Source: an uncultured Pseudomonadota bacterium (GTDB lineage Bacteria; Pseudomonadota; Alphaproteobacteria; JACZXZ01). Taken from it: a stretch of DNA of 64,000 bases. The notes beneath the pieces were generated by a model, which saw nothing but the letters and a program-made list of their open reading frames with translations, was not told the DNA's origin and did no database searches. Positions 61,043-64,000 of the stretch are shown here, in pieces (position 1 is the stretch's first letter; each line of letters opens with the position of its first letter). Location: positions 480,001 to 544,000 of the forward strand of contig CAVVLJ010000020.1 of assembly GCA_963749075.1 (NCBI GenBank). The letters run 5' to 3'. A program made the position numbers and the translations under genes.

Positions 61043-62644
61043 CTACCCCTTCTCCACGTTCCACAGGAAGAGGATCGGCGCCACGATGACGCCCTTCAGA
61101 TTATTGCGATAGGCGGTCGGGATGATGAACTGGCCGGTCGGGATATAGGGCAGCTCCTTGAAGGCCTCGATCTGCAGCTCGGCGGCGGCCTTCTTCTGGG
61201 CCGCGAGGTCGGGGGCGTCGAACCATTTGTCGTGGAGCGCCTCGAGCGCCGGGTCGCTCGGCCAGCCGAACCACGCCTTGTCGCCGTTGGCGCGCAGTGC
61301 GGAGAGCACCGCGGGATTGACGAGATCGGGCGCCACCGTCCAGGTGAAGAAGATGTTCCAGCCGCCCTTGTCGATGGGCGCCTTGGAGGCGCGGCGCGTG
61401 ATCAGCGTGCCCCAGTCCATCGCCTGGAGATCGACGTTGAGGCCGAGGCGCTTGAGCTCGTCGGCGACGACGAGCCCCTGCGCGTTCACGATCGGCTGGT
61501 CGGTCGCGATCATGATGACGACGCGCTCGCCCTTATATCCGGCCTCTTTCACGAGCGCCTTGGCCTTGTCGTAGTCGCGCTTGCCCATGAAGGCCTCGGC
61601 GCCCGCCTCGGTCGAGAGCGGCGTGCCGCAGGGGAAGAAGGAGTAGCAGGTGCGCCAGTCCTTGGGATTGCCGGCGACTGCCGTCATGATGTCCTTCTGG
61701 TCCACCACCTCGAGCACCGCCTGGCGCATCTTCTCGTTGTCGAAGGGCGGCAGCAGGTGGTTGAAGCGCAGGATGCCCATGCTGCCGAGCGGATCCACGG
61801 TGGTGACGGTGATGTCCTTGTTCTTCTCGAGGAGCGGCACGAGATCCGGCGGCGCCTGCTGCCACCAGTCGACCTCGCCGGCGTTGAGCGCGTTGGCCGC
61901 GGTGGCGGGATCGGGGATATAGACCCATTCGACGCGGTCGACCTTGACGACCTTGCCGCCGGCACCCCAGCTCGGCGGCTCGCTGCGCGGCACGTAGTCG
62001 GTGTTCTTGACGAAGACCGCCTTGCTGCCGGGCACCCATTCGGATTTCACGAACTTGAAGGGCCCGGAGCCGACCGTCTCGGTGATCTGCGTATTGGCGT
62101 CGGTCTTGGCGACGCGCTCCGGCATCATGAAGGGAGCGCTGCTCGAGAGCTTGGCGAGGCCCTCGAGGAGGAGCGGGAAGGGCTTCTTGAGCACGATGGT
62201 GAAGCTCTTGGCGTCCGTCGGCTTCATCTCGGCGATGGCGTCTGCCATCGCCTGGCCGAGCCCGTCGCGCTTCATCCAGCGCGCGAGCGAGGCTGTGCAG
62301 TCGGCGGCGGTGACCGGCTGGCCGTCGTGCCACTTGAGCCCGTCGCGGAGCGTGAAGCTGTAGCTCAAGTGATCGGCGCTCTCGCTCCAGCTCCCCACCA
62401 TCTGGGGCTGCACCTTGAAGTTGGCGTCGAAGGCGAAGAGCGTATCGTAGATCATGTAGCCGTAATTGCGCGTGATGTAGGCCGTGGTCCAGATCGGATC
62501 GAGGATGCGCAGGTCGGCCTCGGGAATGATGCGGAGCGTCTTTCCCGCACTTTGCGCCTCGGCGGCTGGGACGGCCAGCGCCGCCACGGCCGCCAGCGCT
62601 GCGGCAGCAAGCAATCCTTGCCGGACTTTCCTCATGACCTTCAT
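61043..62644 (-). CDS. Peptide/nickel (family 5) ABC substrate-binding protein
   Basis: LDPIWTTAYITRN, FTLRDGLKWHDG, VGSGPFKF and WFGWP. Confidence 0.9.
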   Translation of the reverse strand: MKVMRKVRQGLLAAAALAAVAALAVPAAEAQSAGKTLRIIPEADLRILDPIWTTAYITRNYGYMIYDTLFAFDANFKVQPQMVGSWSESADHLSYSFTLRDGLKWHDGQPVTAADCTASLARWMKRDGLGQAMADAIAEMKPTDAKSFTIVLKKPFPLLLEGLAKLSSSAPFMMPERVAKTDANTQITETVGSGPFKFVKSEWVPGSKAVFVKNTDYVPRSEPPSWGAGGKVVKVDRVEWVYIPDPATAANALNAGEVDWWQQAPPDLVPLLEKNKDITVTTVDPLGSMGILRFNHLLPPFDNEKMRQAVLEVVDQKDIMTAVAGNPKDWRTCYSFFPCGTPLSTEAGAEAFMGKRDYDKAKALVKEAGYKGERVVIMIATDQPIVNAQGLVVADELKRLGLNVDLQAMDWGTLITRRASKAPIDKGGWNIFFTWTVAPDLVNPAVLSALRANGDKAWFGWPSDPALEALHDKWFDAPDLAAQKKAAAELQIEAFKELPYIPTGQFIIPTAYRNNLKGVIVAPILFLWNVEKG

Positions 62645-62860
62645 GACACCCCCGCTGTCGGTTATTGGCTCTGCCGTTGCCGGCTTGCGGCCCATGTTAC
62701 GTGACGCCCTTGCTGCGGGCCAACAGATTCGCGAGGGGTTGCTGCGGCGCTCTGGCCAGGGCGCGCGAAACATGATTCATTTGCCGCTCTCATTTGCCCC
62801 TGCGGGCGGCAGATGCCCAGGGATTGAGCGGGAGCGGGAAGGCGCATGGATGGCGCGGCC

Positions 62861-64000
62861 GTGAGCGAGGCGAAGGAAGCGATCGCGGCATTCCTTAGGG
62901 ACCGCCGTGCCGCGCAGCAGCGCCTCCTGGCCGAGCTCGTCAAGCTGCCGTCGGACAACCCGCCGGGCGACTGCGCGCCCCATAGCCGCGCCGCCGCCAA
63001 GCTCCTCTCGGCACTCGGCTTCGCCGTCGAGGAGCATCCCGTGGCGGGCGAGCTCTGCCGCGAGCACGGCATGACGAGCGCCGTGAACCTCGTGGTGCGC
63101 CGCACCTTCGGCGCGGGCCCCACGGTGGCGCTCAACGCCCATGGCGACGTGGTGCCGCCCGGCGAGGGGTGGTCCACGGATCCCTATGGTGCGGAGGTGC
63201 GCGGCGGCGTCATGTACGGGCGCGGCGTCGCGGTCTCGAAGTCCGATTTCGCGACCTATGCCTTCGCCCTCCTGGCGCTCGAGCATCTCGCCCTGCCGCT
63301 CGCGGGTGTGGTCGAGCTCCACTTCACCTATGACGAGGAGGCGGGCGGCGAGATCGGCCCCAAGCGGCTCCTCGATGCCGGCATCGTCAAGCCGGACCTC
63401 GCGATCTGCGCCGGCTTCTCCTATTCGGTGGTGACGGCACATAACGGCTGCCTCCATCTCGAGGTCGAGGTGCGCGGGCGCTCGGCCCACGCGGCGCGGC
63501 CCGACACGGGTGCGGACGCGCTCGCCGCGGCGACGCGCCTGCTCGCCGCCCTCTATGCGGAACGCGAAAGCTACGCTCGGCGGCGCTCGGCGGTGGCAGG
63601 CATCGGCTCGCCCACCCTCGTCGTCGGCCTCATCGCGGGCGGCATCAACACCAACGTGGTGCCCGACCGGGTGAGCTTCCGCCTCGACCGCCGCGTAATC
63701 CCCGAGGAGGCGCTGGCGGAGGTCGAGGAGGAGCTCCGCCGGCTCATCGCCGAGGCGGCGCGCGGCATGCCGGGTATCTCCGTCGCCGTGCGACGCATCC
63801 TCGCCGCCGCACCCTTGGTGCCGCTGCCGGGCGTCGAGCGCCTCACGGCACCGCTCGCCGCCAATGCCGCCCGCATCTTTGGCCGGGACATCCCCTGCCA
63901 CGGCATCCCGCTCTATACGGACGCCCGCCATTATGCCGCCGCGGGCGTGCCGACGGTGCTCTATGGTGCTGGCCCCCGCGATTTCCTCGAGGCCAACGCC
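62861..64000 (+). CDS. M20/ArgE/DapE family metallohydrolase (runs off the 3' edge; not in the ORF track)
   Basis: Manual translation from GTG 62861: PSDNPPGD, NAHGDVVPPG, YGRGVAVSKSD, DEE, GRSAHAA and INTNVVPD. Confidence 0.88.
   Translation, partial: MSEAKEAIAAFLRDRRAAQQRLLAELVKLPSDNPPGDCAPHSRAAAKLLSALGFAVEEHPVAGELCREHGMTSAVNLVVRRTFGAGPTVALNAHGDVVPPGEGWSTDPYGAEVRGGVMYGRGVAVSKSDFATYAFALLALEHLALPLAGVVELHFTYDEEAGGEIGPKRLLDAGIVKPDLAICAGFSYSVVTAHNGCLHLEVEVRGRSAHAARPDTGADALAAATRLLAALYAERESYARRRSAVAGIGSPTLVVGLIAGGINTNVVPDRVSFRLDRRVIPEEALAEVEEELRRLIAEAARGMPGISVAVRRILAAAPLVPLPGVERLTAPLAANAARIFGRDIPCHGIPLYTDARHYAAAGVPTVLYGAGPRDFLEANA

Overview
GC-rich alphaproteobacterial chromosomal window, probably from a long-read assembly: four genes each carry a single-base frameshift. 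In order, it contains: (1) an amino-acid ABC transporter operon flanked by two class-III PLP enzymes, one resembling dialkylglycine decarboxylase; (2) an operon of transglutaminase-DUF2126, circularly permuted ATP-grasp-alphaE and a second transglutaminase; (3) tRNA-Gly(CCC) followed by an integrase-less islet with an AEP primase-SF2 helicase fusion, a BrnT/HTH toxin-antitoxin pair, an ABM protein and an FtsH2-like protease; (4) a Ser/Thr kinase-OmpA-STY0301 module and a partial Agrobacterium-type T6SS operon (tssA-B-C-C-tagJ-E-F-G) behind a promoter with four 13-bp repeats; (5) a TusA/DsrE/SelD-N-terminal flavoprotein cluster and several metabolic genes; (6) a DSF-type quorum-sensing locus (rpfF, rpfC); (7) AsmA, an Ntn acylase, a RelE/Phd pair, hddA/hddC-like genes, a peptide ABC binding protein and an M20 hydrolase. 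The best candidate for an under-described system is the DSF locus. Its rpfG position holds an RpfG-type receiver fused to PAS-PAS-degenerate GGDEF-EAL instead of HD-GYP, with a CtrA-like box upstream. All family calls come from motifs read by eye; no database searches were run.
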